This document shows positions 45,964-58,900 of a stretch of 64,000 nt of DNA, piece by piece; positions within the stretch are counted from its first letter, which is position 1; every line of letters begins with the position of its first letter. The notes under the pieces are model-generated. The model did not search any database and had not been told where the DNA came from. It saw only the letters and a list, made by a program, of their open reading frames with translations. Source of the stretch: Squalus acanthias. Taxonomy: Eukaryota. The stretch lies in contig CM059432.1 of assembly GCA_030390025.1 (NCBI GenBank), positions 110,300,001-110,364,000 on the forward strand, written 5' to 3'. Both the position numbers and the translations under genes were made by a program.

Positions 45964-46368
45964 AGGTACAATGAGGGAATCTATTACACAGTATATAAAC
46001 ACAGAAAGCAATTTGTCTGCAGAGATACAATCTTTTAGGGAGGCATTACATCAAAGACACATCAGAGTACAGCTAAGACAATGAGATGGGTCACAACGTG
46101 TCAAATCCTGACGTCTGCAGTTGAGCTTTTAACTTTTTTGGGGGGGGTTTTTTGGTTGGTTTTTTTTTGTGTTTTTTTTTTAAAAACTGGAAAGACAGAC
46201 AACGATGTCGAGTCACGTTCTGTAGCGTGACATGAACCCGAGATCCCTATTGAGGCCATCCTCATGGGTGCGGAACTTGGCTATCAGTTTCTGCTCGATG
46301 ATTTTGCGTTGTCGTGTGTCTCGAAGGCCACCTTGGAGAACGCTAACCCGCAGATCCAAGGCTGAATT

Positions 46369-47575
46369 TACCCAAACACACAGAACAGCCATGGGGACCA
46401 AATTCGCACCCCAATACGCCAACATCTTCATGCACAAGTTCGAGCAAGACTTCTTCGCTGCACAGGACCTCCAACCAATGCTGTACACCAGATACATCGA
46501 CGACATCTTCTTCCTTTGGACCCACGGCGAAGGATCACTGAAAGGACTACACGATAACATCAACAGGTTCCATCCCACCATCAAACTCACCATGGACTAC
46601 TCCTCAGAATCGGTTTCATTCTTGGACACACGAATCTCCATCAAAGACGGACACCTCAGCACTTCACTCTACCGCAAGCCCACGGACAACCTCACGATGC
46701 TCCACTTCTCCAGCTTCCACCCTAACCACGTTGAAGAAGCCATCCCCTATGGACAAGCCCTGCGAATACACAGGATCTGCTCAGACGAGGATAAACGCGA
46801 TGGACACCTATGGACACTGAAAGACGCTGTAAGAACGGGATATGACGCTCGACTCGTCGATCGACAGTTTCGACGGGCCTCAGCGAAAAACCGCATAGAC
46901 CTCCTCAGAAGGCAAACACGGGACACAACCAACAGAGTACCCTACGTCGTCCAGTACTTCCCCGGAGCGGAGAAACTACGCCATGTTCTTCGCAGCCTTC
47001 AACATGTCATCGATGACGACGAACACCTTGCTAAGGCCATCCCCACGCCTCCACTACTCGCCTTCAAGCAGCCGCCTAACCTCAAAAGTACCATCGTTCG
47101 CAGCAAATTACCTAGCTGTCAGGAGAACAGCGACCACGACACCACACAACCCTGCCACGGCAACCTCTGCAAGACATGCCAGACCATCAACACAGATACC
47201 ATCATCACACGTGAGGACACTACCCACCAGGTACATGGTACATTCTCATGTGACTCGGCCAACGTAGTCTACCTCATACGTTGCAGGAAAGGATGCCCCG
47301 GAGCATGGTACATCGGCGAGACCATGCAGACACTGAGACAACGTACGAACGGACACCACGCAACAATCGCCAGGCAGGATTGTTACCTCCCAGTCGGGGA
47401 ATACTTCAGCAGTCAAGGACATTCAGCCTCGGATCTGCGGGTTAGCGTTCTCCAAGGCGGCCTTCGAGACACACGACAACGCAAAATCATCGAGCAGAAA
47501 CTGATAGCCAAGTTCCGCACCCATGAGGACGGCCTCAATAGGGATCTCGGGTTCATGTCACGCTACAGAACGTGA
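46369..47575 (+). CDS. Penelope RT (C-terminal part) plus GIY-YIG endonuclease, open but 5'-truncated
   Basis: TAMGTKFAPQYANIFM, YTRYIDDIF, SFLDT, LYRKPT, CKTC, NVVYLIRC..WYIGET..LRQR. Confidence 0.9.
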
Positions 47576-47815
47576 CTCGACATCGTTGTCTGTCTTTCCA
47601 GTTTTTTAAAAAAAACACACAAAAAAACCCAAAAAAGTTAAAAGCTCAACTGCAGACGGCAGGATTTGACACGTTGGACCCCCTGTGACCCATCTCATTG
47701 TCTTAGCTGTGCTCTGGTGTGTCTTTGATGTAATGCCTCCCTGAAAGATTGTATCTCTGCAGACAAATTGCTTTCTGTGTTTATATACTGTGTAATAGAT
47801 TCCCTCATTGTACCT

Positions 47816-47853
47816 TTACCTGAAGAAGGGGCAACAGCTCCGAAAGCTCGTAA
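47816..47853 (+). ncRNA. Minimal type-I hammerhead ribozyme motif in the Penelope terminal repeat
   Basis: ttac-CTGAAGA-a-ggggc-aaca-gctcc-GAAA-gc-tc-gtaa: stem I ttac/gtaa, stem II ggggc/gctcc, palindromic AGCT in place of stem III. Confidence 0.75.
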
Positions 47854-48748
47854 TTTTAAATAAAACTGTTGGACTATAACCTGGTGTTGTGCGACTTCTC
47901 ATTTTTGTCCACCCCAGTCCAACACCGGCATCTCCGCATCATGTCCTCTCTGGATGACAACATTCCTACTTTCACCACTGCCACTCAGCCAGTGCTCTTT
48001 CTGCTGTCTGTCAGCCAGCCAGCCCAGACTGCTGCCACCCATGCCGAGGTGGTGCAGTCTGCAGCCGGGCCTTCTAGGCCCAGAGCTGGTCGAGGTCGTC
48101 CTGCAAGGCCATCTGTAGTCTCCCCCACTGAAAGTCAGCAGCCTTCCACCAGCCATGCTGCAGCCACTGCATAGGAGCACTAGAATAGGCAAGGGAACAC
48201 AAAAGATAGACACTAAGGAAATGTACAAAAGTGATTATTTTGAATCTTACATAATAAAGTCAACTAATCATTTATAAATTATATTTGGAATTTTGTTTTG
48301 CGGTGACTCTCATTTCATCTTTGTGCCCAAGAGGACGCTGTGATGTTCCGTGACATATCAGCGTTGCACACCAAAATGGCGACCGCCACGGCCCACGCTG
48401 GAAGTGGCTGGAGACGTGGGGAAGCTGCAACACGGGACTACATGCATGCTAAACAGCGGAAGCAGCATGCTATAGACAGGGCTCAGCGATCCCACAATCA
48501 ACGGATCAGATCAAAGCTCTGCAGTCCTGCCACATCCAGTCGTGAATGGTGGTAGACCATTAAACTACTAACGGGAAGAGGAGCCTCCATGAATATCCCC
48601 ATCCTCAATGATGGTGGAACCCAGCAAATGAGTGAAGATCATCTTCAGCCAGAAGTGCCAAGTGGATGATCCATATCGGCCTACTCCTGAGGTCCCCACC
48701 ATTACAGAAGCCAGTCTTCAGCCAATTCGATTCACTCCACATGATATA

Positions 48749-51700
48749 TGAACATACGAATTAGGAGCAGGAGTAGGCCACTCGGCCCCTCGAGCCTGCT
48801 CCGCCATTCAATAAGATCATAGCTGATCCGATTACTCCACATTCCCACCTACCCCCGATAACCTTTCACCCCCTTGCTTATCAAGAATCTATCTACCTCT
48901 GCCTTAAAAATATTCAAAGACTCTGCTTCTACCGCCCTCTGAGGAAGAGAGTTCCAAAGACTCACGACCCTCTGAGAAAAAATTTCTCCTCATCTCGGTC
49001 TTAAATGGACAACCCCTTATTTTTAAACAGTGACCCCTAGTTCTAAATTCTCCCACAAGAGGAAACATCCTCTCCACATCCACCCTGTCAAGACTCCACA
49101 GGATCTTATATGCTTCAATCAAGTCACCTCTTACTCTTCTGAACTCCAGCGGATACAAGCCTAGCTTGTCCAACCTTTCCTCATAAGACAACCTGCCCAT
49201 TCCAGGTACAGGAAACTCTTTGGTATCCGGCACCGACGGGACCGGCGTGGTGCCGGTTGATCGAAAGTTCCGGATAACAGAGAGTTATATCTACCGAGGC
49301 TATTTTTAACAAAGAAAAATAAAAAAATCAAGAAATGTGCAGTATACAGTATTTGGGTACTCACCTACAGAATGTTGTGTTAAATGGATGGTGGAAGATG
49401 CTTGATTAAGTACAGTACTGCCAGTTGAGAGTAATCCATAACTCTTTAATTACTTAACAGTAAGTGAGACTCCCGGCAGCGCGGGAGAATCAACTCCTGC
49501 TACTGCAGTGTTTCGGACTTCCGACAGCGCCAGGAGGCCAAGTAGTGGCACTTTTGAAAACTACCCCTACTGACTAAATCGGCGTTCGGGGACTCGGGAT
49601 CGTCAACATTGCCGGTTATTTGAGAGGAGTTTTCGGAGTACTCGGCGTTCGCGGAGACTCGGACTGCGACTCGGCAACATTGCCGGTTATTTGAGAGGAG
49701 TTTTCGGAGGATGATTTTTGCCGGTTAAGCGAGAATTCCGGATATTTGGGTGCCGGATAAACAAGAGTTTCCTGTATTAGTCTAGTAAACCTTCTCTGAA
49801 CTGCTTCCAATGCATTTACATCCTTCCTTAAATAAGACGACCAATATTGCATAGTACTCCAGATGTGGTCTCACCAATGCCCTGTATAACTGAAGCATAA
49901 CCTCCCTACTTTTGTATTCAATTCCCCTCGCAATAAACGATAACATTCTATTAGCTTTCCTAATTACTTGCTGTACCTGCATACAAACTTTTGCGATTCA
50001 TGCACTAGGACACCCAGATCCCTCTGCATCGCAGAGCTCTGCAATCTCTCACCATTTAGATAATGCTTCTTTTTTATTCTTCCTGCCAAAATGGACAATT
50101 TCACATTTTCCCACATTATACTCCATTTGCCAGATCTTTGCCCACTCACTTAACCTATCTATATCCCTTTGTAGCCTCATGTCCTCTTCACAATTTACTT
50201 TCCTACCTATCTTTGTCTCATCAGCAAATTTACCATACCTTCGGTCCCTTCATCCAAGTAATTTAAATAAATTGTAAAAAGTTGAGGCCCCAGCACTGAT
50301 CCCTGTGGCACACCACTCATTACATCTTGCCAACCAGAAAATGACCCATTTATGCCTACTCTCTGTTTCCTGTTACTATCTACTATCCAATCTACTATCC
50401 ATGCCAATATGTTACCCCCCACGCCATGAGCTTTTATTTTCCGCAATAACCTTTGATGTGGCACCTTATCAAATGTCTTCTGGAAATCTAAGTACAGTAC
50501 ATCCACTGGTTCCCCTTTATCCACAGCACATGTTACTTCTTCAAAGAACTCCAATAAATTGGTTAAACATGATTTCCCTTTCACAAAACCATGTTGACTC
50601 TGCCTGATTACCTTGAACTTTTCTAAGTGCCCTGCTATAACGTATTTAATAATAGCTTCTAACATCTTTCCTATGACAGATGTTAAGCTAACTGGCCTGT
50701 AGTTTCCTGCTTTCTGTCTCCTTCCCTTTTTGAATAAAGGAGTTACATTCGCTATTTTCCAATCTAATGGAACCTTCCCCGAATCTAGAGAATTTTGGAA
50801 AATTAAAACCAACGCATCAACTATCTCACTAGCCACTTCTTTTAAGACCTTAGGATGAAGTCCATCAGGACCTGGGGACTTGTCAGCCCCCAGCTCCAAC
50901 AATTTGCTCAGTACCACTTCTCTGGTGATTGTAATTCTCTTGAGTTCCTCCCTCCCTTCCATTTCCTGATTTACAGCTATTTCTGGGATGTTACTTGTAT
51001 CCTCTGTAGTGAAGACCGATGCAAAATACCTGTTCAATTCAACTGCCATCTTCTTATTTTCCATTATTAATTCCCCAGACTCACTTTCTATAGGACCAAC
51101 GCTCACTTTGTTAACTCTTTTCTTTATTAAATATCTATAGAAACTCTTATTATCTGTTTTTATATTTCTAGCTAGCTTTCTTTTGTACTCTAATTTTTCT
51201 CTCAAAGCTTTTAGTCATTCTTTGCTGTTTTTTATATTCTGTCCAATCTTCTGACCTGCCACCCATCTTTGCGCAATTATATGCTTTTTCTTTAAGTTTA
51301 ATACTATCTAACTTTTTTAGTTAACCACGGATGGTGGGTCCTCCCCTTGGAATTTTTCTTTCTTGTTGGAATGTATATATTCTGTGTATTCTGAAATATC
51401 CCCTTAAATGTCTGCCACTGCAACTCTATTGACCTATCCCTTAACCTAATTTGCCAGTTCACTTTAGCTAGCTCTGCTTTAATGCCCTCATAATTGCTCT
51501 TATTTAAGTTTAAAATACTAGTCTTGGACCCACTCTTCTCTCCCTCAAACTGAATGTAAAATTCAATCATATTATGATCGCTACTACCTAGCAGTGCCTT
51601 CACTATGAGGTCATTAATTAATCCTATCTCGTTGCACAATACCAGGTCTAGTATAGCCTGCTCTCTGGTTGGCTCCAGAACGTGCTGTTCTAAGAAACTA

Positions 51701-52295
51701 TCCCGAAAACATTCTATGAACTCCTCATCTAGGCTACCTTTGCCCATCTGATTTTTCCAATCTATATGTAGATTAAAGTCCCCCATGATTATTGCCATAT
51801 CTTTCTGACAAGCTCCCATTATTTCTTCCTTTATACTCCATCCTACCATGTGGTTACTGTTAGGGGGCCTGTACACCACTCCCACAAGTGACTTCTTTCC
51901 TTTATCATTTCTCATCTCCACCCAAACTGCTTCTACATCCTGGTTTCCTGAACTTAGGTCATCCCTCTCTATTGTGCGAATACCATCATTAATTAACAGA
52001 GCCACCCCTCCAGCTTTTCCGAGCTTCCTGTCCTTCCGAACTGTCATGTACCCTTCAATATTCAGGTCCCAATCTCTGTCATCCTGCAGCTATGTTTATG
52101 TAATGGCTATCAAAGCATACTTTTTTATTTCTATTTGTGCTATCAGTGCATCTGTTTTGTTTCGAATGCTACATGCATTCAGATGCAGAGCCTTTAGTTT
52201 TGTCCTTTTATTATTTTTGTAACCTCTAGCCTTATCTGTTGATTTACACTTAGATTTGTACCCTTTATCCCTTCCTGTCACGGTCTGTTATCATT
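48749..52295 (-). mobile_element. CR1 with near-complete ORF2 (APE endonuclease and RT), interrupted by a Tc1/mariner MITE
   Basis: ORFs 52096-52281 (LHLNACSI), 51304-52047 (GDFN, SDHN), 50207-51205 (RT) and 48904-49233. Confidence 0.92.
49209..49774. mobile_element. Tc1/mariner (Tigger/pogo-like) MITE
   Basis: TIRs caggaaactctttggtatccggcac / gtgccggataaacaagagtttcctg; TA TSD; host ccagg-ta-ttagtc is restored on removal. Confidence 0.88.
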
Positions 52296-53919
52296 TCTCA
52301 CATCAAGAAATGGCTGAGCACATTGGATACAGCAAAGGCTATGGGCCCCGACAACATCCCGGCTGTTGTGCTGAAGACTACATCTACAACACTGGCATTT
52401 ATCCGAAAATGTGGAAAACTGCCCAGGTATGTTCTGTCCACAAAAAGCAGGACAAATCCAATCTGGCCAATTACCGCCCCATCAGTCTACTCTCAATCAT
52501 CAGCAAAGTGATGGAAGGGGTCGTCGACAGTGCTATCAAGCGGCACTTACTCACCAATAACCTGCTCACTGCTGCCCAGTTTGGGTTCTGCCAGGACCAC
52601 TCAGCTCCAGACCTCATTACAGCCTTGGTCCAAACATGGACAAAAGATCTGAATTCCAAAGGGGAGGTAAGAGTGACTGAACTTGACTTCAAGGCAGCAT
52701 TTGACCGAATGTGGCATCAAGGAGCCCGAGTAAAATTGAAGTCAATGGGAATCAGGGGGAAAACTCTCCACTGGCTGGAGTCATACCTAGCTCAAAGGAA
52801 GATGGTTGCGGTGATTGAAGGTCAATCATCACAGCCCCAAGACATCGCTGCAGGAGTTCATCAGGGCAGTTTCCTAGGCCCAAACATCATCAGCTACTTC
52901 ATCAATGAACTTCCCTCCATCATAAGGTCAGAAGTGGGAATGTTCGCTGATGACTGCACAGTGTTCAACGCCATTCACAACTCCTCAGATAATGAAGCTG
53001 TCCATGCCTGCATGCAGCAAGACCTGGACGACATTCAGGCTTGGGCTGATAAGTGGCAGGTAACATTTATGCCACACACCTGCCAGGCAATGACTATCTC
53101 CAACAAGCAAGCGTCTAACCACCGCCCCTTGACATTCAACAGCATTGCCATCGCTGAATCCCCCACCATCAACATCCATCAACATCCTGGGGGTCACCAT
53201 TGACCAGAAACTGGACCAGTCACATAAATACTGTGGCAACAAGAGCCGGTCAGAGGCTGGGTATTCTGTGGTGAGTGTCTCACCTCCTGACTCCCCAAAG
53301 CCTTTCCACCATCTACAAGGCACAAGTCAGGAGTGTGATGGAATACTCACCACTTGCCTGGACGAGTGCAGCTCCAACATCACTCAAGAAGCTCGACACC
53401 ATCCAGGACAAAGCAGCCCGCTTGATTGGCACCCCATCCACCACCTTAAACATTCACTCCCTCCACCACCGGTGTACCGTGGCTGCAGTGTGTACGATCT
53501 ACAAGATGCACTGCAGCAACTCGCCAAAGCTCCTTCGGCAGCACCTCCCAAACCCGCGACCTCTACCACCTAGAAGGACAAGGGCAGCAGGCACATGGGA
53601 ACGCCATCACCTCCAAGTTCACCTCCAAGTCACACACCATCCTGACTTGGAAGTATATCGCCGATCCTTCATCCTTGCTGGGTCAAAATCCTGGAACTCC
53701 CTCCCGAACAGCACTGTGGGATTAACTTCACCACATGGACTGCAGCGGTTCAAGACAGCGGCTCACCACCACCTTCTCAAGGGCAACTAGGGATGGTCAA
53801 TAAATGCTGGCCTTGCCGGCGACGTCCACATCCCATGAACGAATAAAAAAGAGGCGGCTGCCATTTTTCAGCCGAATCCGGCATTAGATGCCGGCACTAA
53901 GAGGGAGAATTTCGTGGCA

Positions 53920-55856
53920 ATAGAATCATAGAACGATACATCACAGAACGATACATCACAGGAAGCTGCCATACGACCCATCGTGCCTGTGCCGGCTCTT
54001 TGGTAGAGCTAGCCAATTAGTTCTCCTCCCTTGCTCTTTCCCTATAGCCATGTCATTTTTTTCCCCTTCAAGTATTTATCCAGTTCCCTGTTGAATGTTA
54101 GTATTGAATCTGCTTCCACCATCCTCAGGCAGTGCATTCCAGATCAGAAAGACTCGCTGTGCAAAACAGTGTTTCCTCATGTCGCCTCTGGTTCTTTTGC
54201 CAACCACTCTAAATCTGTGTCCTCTGGTTACCGGCCCTTCTGCCACTGGAAACAGTTTCTCTTTCTTTACTCTATCAGAACCATTCATAATTTTGAACAC
54301 CTCTATCAAATTTCCTCTTGACCTTCTCTGGCTTCAGGTGTGGTGCCGGTGGACTGTTAACGTGGTACCCTTGTTTAAAAAGGGAGACAAGGATAGACCG
54401 AGTAATTGCAGGCCAGTCAGCCTAACCTCGGTGGTGGGAAAATTATTGGAAAGAATTCTGAAGGACAGGATAAATCTTCATTTAGAAAGACACGGATTAA
54501 TCAAGGCTAGTCAGCACGGATTTGTTAAGGGAAGGTCGTGTCTGACAAACTTGATTGAATTTTTTGAGGAGGTAACAAGGAGGGTAGATGAGGGTATTGC
54601 ATTTGATGTAGTGTACATGGACTTTAGCAAGGCTTTTGATAAGGTTCCACATGGCAGACTGGTCACGAAGTTAAAAGCCCATGGGATCCAGGGCAAAGTG
54701 TCAAGTTGGATTCAAAACTGGCTCGGAGACAGGAAGCAGAGGGTAATGGTTGGTGGGTGTTTTTGTGACTGGAAGGCTGTTTCCAGTGGGGTTCCGCAGG
54801 GCTCAGTACTAGGTCCCTTGCTTTTTGTGGTATATATCAACGATCTAGACTTGAATATAGAGGGTATGATTAAGAAGTTTGCAGATGATACTAAAATCGG
54901 CTGTGTGATTGATACTGAAGAAGGAAGCTGTAGACTGCAGGAAGATATCAATAAATTGGTCAAGTGGGCAGAACAGTGGCAAATGGAATTCAATCCGGAG
55001 AAGTGTGAGGTAATGCATTTGGGGAGGGCTAACAAGGAAAGGGAATACTCATTAAATGGTAGGACACTGAGTAGTGTAGAGGAACAAAGGGACCTTGGAG
55101 TGCATGTCCACAGATCCCTGAAGGTAGCAGGACAGGTAGATAAGGTGGTTAAGAAGGCATACGGAGTGCTTGCCTTTATTAGCCATGGCATAGAATACAA
55201 GAGCAGGGGGATTATGCTTCAACTGTATAAAACACTAGTTAGGCCTCAGCTAGAGTACTGCGTGCAGTTCTGGTCACTACATTACAGGAAAGATGTGATT
55301 GCATGAGAGAGGGTACAGAGGAGATTTACAAGGATGTTGCCGGGAGTAGAGAATCTTAGCTATGAGGAAAGACTGGATAGGCTGGGTCTGTTTTCCTTGG
55401 AACAGAGGAGGCTGAGGGGAGATCTAATTGAGGTGTATAAAATTATGAGGGGCATAGATAAAGTGGATAGAAAGAAACTATTTCCCTTAGCAGAGGGGTC
55501 AAAAACCAGGGGGCACAGATTTAAAGTAATTGGGGGAAGGTTTAGAGGGGATTTGAGGGGAAATGTCTTCACCCAGAGGGTTGTGGGGGTCTGGAACTCA
55601 CTGCCTGAAAAGGGTGGCAGAGGCAGAAACCCGAACCACATTTAAAAAGTACTTGGATGTGCACTTGGGATGCTGTAACCTGCAGGGCTACGGACCAAGA
55701 GCTGGGAAGTGGGATTAGGCTGGATAGCTCTTTGTTGGCCGGCGCGGACACGATGGGCCGAAATGGCCTCCTTCCGTGCTGTAACTTTCTATGAGAACAA
55801 CCGCAGCTGCTCCAGCCTCTCCACATAATTGAAGTCCCTTATTCCTGGTACCATTC
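53920..55856 (-). mobile_element. CR1 3' fragment (53920-54330 and 55795-55856) interrupted by a plus-strand CR1
   Basis: minus ORF 54076-54309; resumes gagaacaaccgcagctgctccag. Confidence 0.8.
54345..55793 (+). mobile_element. CR1 RT and 3'UTR
   Basis: [27 protein letters not shown]; 3'UTR ends gctgtaactttctatg. Confidence 0.92.
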
Positions 55857-56319
55857 CACAGTATTGCCAACCCCACCATCTCATAAATCAGGAGACAAAC
55901 TCTTAAAAATCATGATATTTGGTTAGAAATCATGAGTTGCCATTTGTTTCCAAACATAAACCAATATAGCTTGACAGTTGGTTTATAAACCTCATTAGTG
56001 GCTTTATTTAATCTCCAACAGCTCAGCTCTTTACAAAAACTATATCACTGCATCTGAAAATGCTTCACAAAAAACTTTTTAAAATCCTACCTGTTATCAC
56101 CACGTCGCCATGCATCTCAGTTTAAGGTTACGATGACTAGCATAAATTAGTTATACAATTAAGCATATACATTAATGACAGCAGGAAGAGGCGAGCATTC
56201 TGCCCGCTGCCTGCCTGTTTGATGCCTGAGGTTAAAATCAAGCCTCAACTCTCCTGTGAACCAAACCCGACGCTATTATACATGCTGTGTCTGAGACAGT
56301 CCAGGAGTAACGTTACGTT

Positions 56320-56700
56320 TTATCATTGCTTTTGGCCCCCACCATAAACTCTGCTCCTGGTCATTGACTCCATTCTCCTCCTCCCCAGCCACTCATTCAG
56401 GCTGAACCAGACCATGCGAGACCTTGACCTCGGTCTGATCCAGAGCTGAGCTCCCAACACCGCATCCTACCCATCACCACAACATCCTGTTTCCATCTCT
56501 GCAGCACTGCCTGTTTCTGCTCCTACCCTGCTGAAACCCTTTATCCATGCTTTTGTCAGCAACAGAATATTTTTCTCCAACGCCCTCTTTCTGGCTCTGA
56601 CTCTCCAACCTCCAGAATTTCTGACTTGTCCAAAACTTAGCCACACTTATTCTTTTCTGCACTCAGTCCTGTTCACCCATTATCCCCATTTTCACAAACT
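56320..56700 (+). mobile_element. Decayed L2 fragment
   Basis: ggctgaaccagacc, ctgctgaaaccctttatccatgcttttgtcagcaacagaa, cctgttcacccattatcccc. Confidence 0.6.
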
Positions 56701-57374
56701 AACTTTGGGAATCGCGGGTGGTTGGGGGGGTCGGCTGGAGCATCAGCAGGGGGGGGGAAAGAGAGGACCGGGGCCGGCCACCAGATGACTGTGGCCGGCC
56801 TTAGCATCATCGGTGGGTGGGGGGGGGGCGTGGAGGGAAGGCCTGATTATGGGGATTGGAGGCCTGGGAAGGTACTCGGATGCCTCTCAAGTTGCCCTGC
56901 CACCTTCAAAGATGTGTGTACATACACCCCCAGGTCTCTGTTCCTGAACCTCCTCATTTAAAATTGTACCATTTAGTTCATATTGCCTCTCCTCATTCTT
57001 CCTACCAAAATATGTCACTTCAAACTTCTCAGCATTAAATTTCATCTGCCATGTGTCTGCCCATTGCACCAGTCTGTCTGTGTCTTCCTGAAGTCTGTTA
57101 CTATCCTCCTCACTGTTTATTACATTTCTGAGTTTCGTGTCCTCTGCAAAAGTTGAAATTATGCCCTGTATACCCAAATGCAGATCATTAATATACATCA
57201 AAAAGAGCAGTGGCCCTAACATCAACCCCTGGGGGACACCACTGTATACTTCCCTCCAGTCTGGAAAACAACCGTTCACCACTACTCTCTGCTGTCTGTC
57301 CCTCAGCCAGTTTTGTATCCACGCTGCCATTGCCCCTTTCATCCTATGGGCTTCAATTTTGCTAACACGTCTAT

Positions 57375-58900
57375 AGATACATAGATACATAGAAGATAGG
57401 AGCAGGAGTAGGCCATCCGGCCCTTCGAGCCTGCTCCGCCATTTAATGAGATCATGGCTGATCCTCCAATTCAGTATCCCGTCCCCGCCTTCTCTCCGTA
57501 ACCCTTAACCCCTTTTGCCTGTAGAAATATATCTAATTCCCTCTTAAATATATTTAATGAGCTGACGTACACTGCCCTCTGTGGCAATGAGTTCCACAGG
57601 TTCACCACCCTCTGAGTGAAGAAATTCCCCCTCATTTCTGTCCTAAATGGTTTAGCCCTTATCCTTAAATTATGTCCTCTAGTTCTGTTCTCACCCGCCA
57701 AGGGAAACATTCCTTCTGCATCTAGTCTGTCTAGACCTGTCAGAATTTTATACACTTCTATGAGGTCCCCGCTCAATCTTCTAAACTCCAGTGTGTACAT
57801 CCCTAAACTACATAGTCTCTCCTCATAGGTCAATCCCGCCATTCCTGGTATCAGCCTGGTGAATCGCCGCTGCACCCCCTCCATGGCAAGAACATCTTTC
57901 CTCAGATGAGGCGACCAAAACTGTACACAGTACTCGAGGTGTGGTCTCACCAGTGCCCTGTACAGCTGCAGCAAGGTATCCCTGTTCCTGTATTCCAACC
58001 CTTTTGCTATGAAGGCCAGCATACCGTTTGCCTTCTTGACCGCCTGTTGCACCTGCATGCTCGCCTTCAGTGACTGGTGTACAAGAACACCCAGGTCTCT
58101 CTGTACTTCCCCCTCTCCCAATTTATTGCCATTTAAATAATAATTTGCCCTCCCGTTCCTGCACCCAAGGTGGATAACTTCGCACTTGTCCACATTATAG
58201 TGCATCTGCCATTTATCCGCCCAATCACCCAGTCTGTCCAAATCGCTCTGGAGCTTCCTGGTCTCCTCCTCTGAGCCCACCCCCCCTCCTAGTTTAGTGT
58301 CGTCTGCAAATTTGGAAATGCTGCATCCGACTCCCTGATCCAGGTCATTAATGTAAATTGTGAACAGCTGGGGACCCAGGACAGATCCCTGTGGTACCCC
58401 ACTTGTTACTGCCTGCCATTCAGAAAATGAGCCGTTTATTCCAACTCTCTGTTTTCTATCTGACAGCCAGTTCTCTATCCACGTCAATACTTTCCCCTTT
58501 ATCCCATGAGCTTCAATTTTCCATGCTAATCTTTTATGTGGGACCTTGTCGAAGGCCTTTTGGAAGTCCAGGTACACCACATCTACTGGCTCTCCCCCAT
58601 CTATTTTACCAGTTACTCCCTCAAAAAATTCCAATAGATTAGTCAAGCACGATTTACCCTTTGTAAATCCATGTTGACTCTGTCCTAGCCTGTCCCCATT
58701 TGCTAAGTGCTCCGCTATTTCATCCTTAATGATGGACTCCAGCATTTTGCCCACAACTGATGTAAGGCTCACAGGTCTGTAATTACCTGCTTTTTCCCTA
58801 CCCCCCTTTTTGAATAGTGGGGTAACGTTAGCTACCCTCTAATCCATGGGCACTGTTCCAGAGTCTAATGAATTCTGAAAAATCATACTTAGTGCATCCG
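57375..58900 (-). mobile_element. Young CR1 with an uninterrupted 433-aa RT C-terminal ORF
   Basis: ORF 57471-58772 ending GYGEKAGTGY; catagata-type tail; ctat on both flanks. Confidence 0.95.

Larger units (their letters stand above)
45873..47943 (+). mobile_element. Penelope-like element, 5'-truncated, with an inverted copy of its 3' end at the 5' side
   Basis: 45873-46368 is the reverse complement of ~47421-47908; flanking duplication tcctctctggat (45861-45872 and 47944-47955). Confidence 0.92.
48400..53850 (+). mobile_element. Zenon/Crack-like CR1-group element (48400-48748 and 52301-53850) split by a CR1
   Basis: KLCSPATSSREWW; ttcactccacatgata|atcaagaaatggctg rejoins; NYRPISLLSIISK, AQFGF, MFADDC; same 3' end as 32805. 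Confidence 0.85.
44315..53919 (+). mobile_element. PIF/Harbinger derivative (44315-45872, 47944-~48400, 53851-53919) hosting nested insertions
   Basis: MSQQGSERAPHFSDAELEALVQGV Myb/SANT start; ends aaggatgaaatt / aatttcgtggca; 3-bp TSD ata inside a CR1 catagaat tail. Confidence 0.75.

Noticed and set aside
46213..46593. Minus-strand ORF with the same C-terminus as the Penelope ORF, as a second gene
   Set aside because: It results from the inverted terminal duplication.
54095..55306. 403-aa ORF as a novel fusion protein
   Set aside because: Chance read-through from an antisense CR1 fragment into a sense CR1 RT at an insertion junction.
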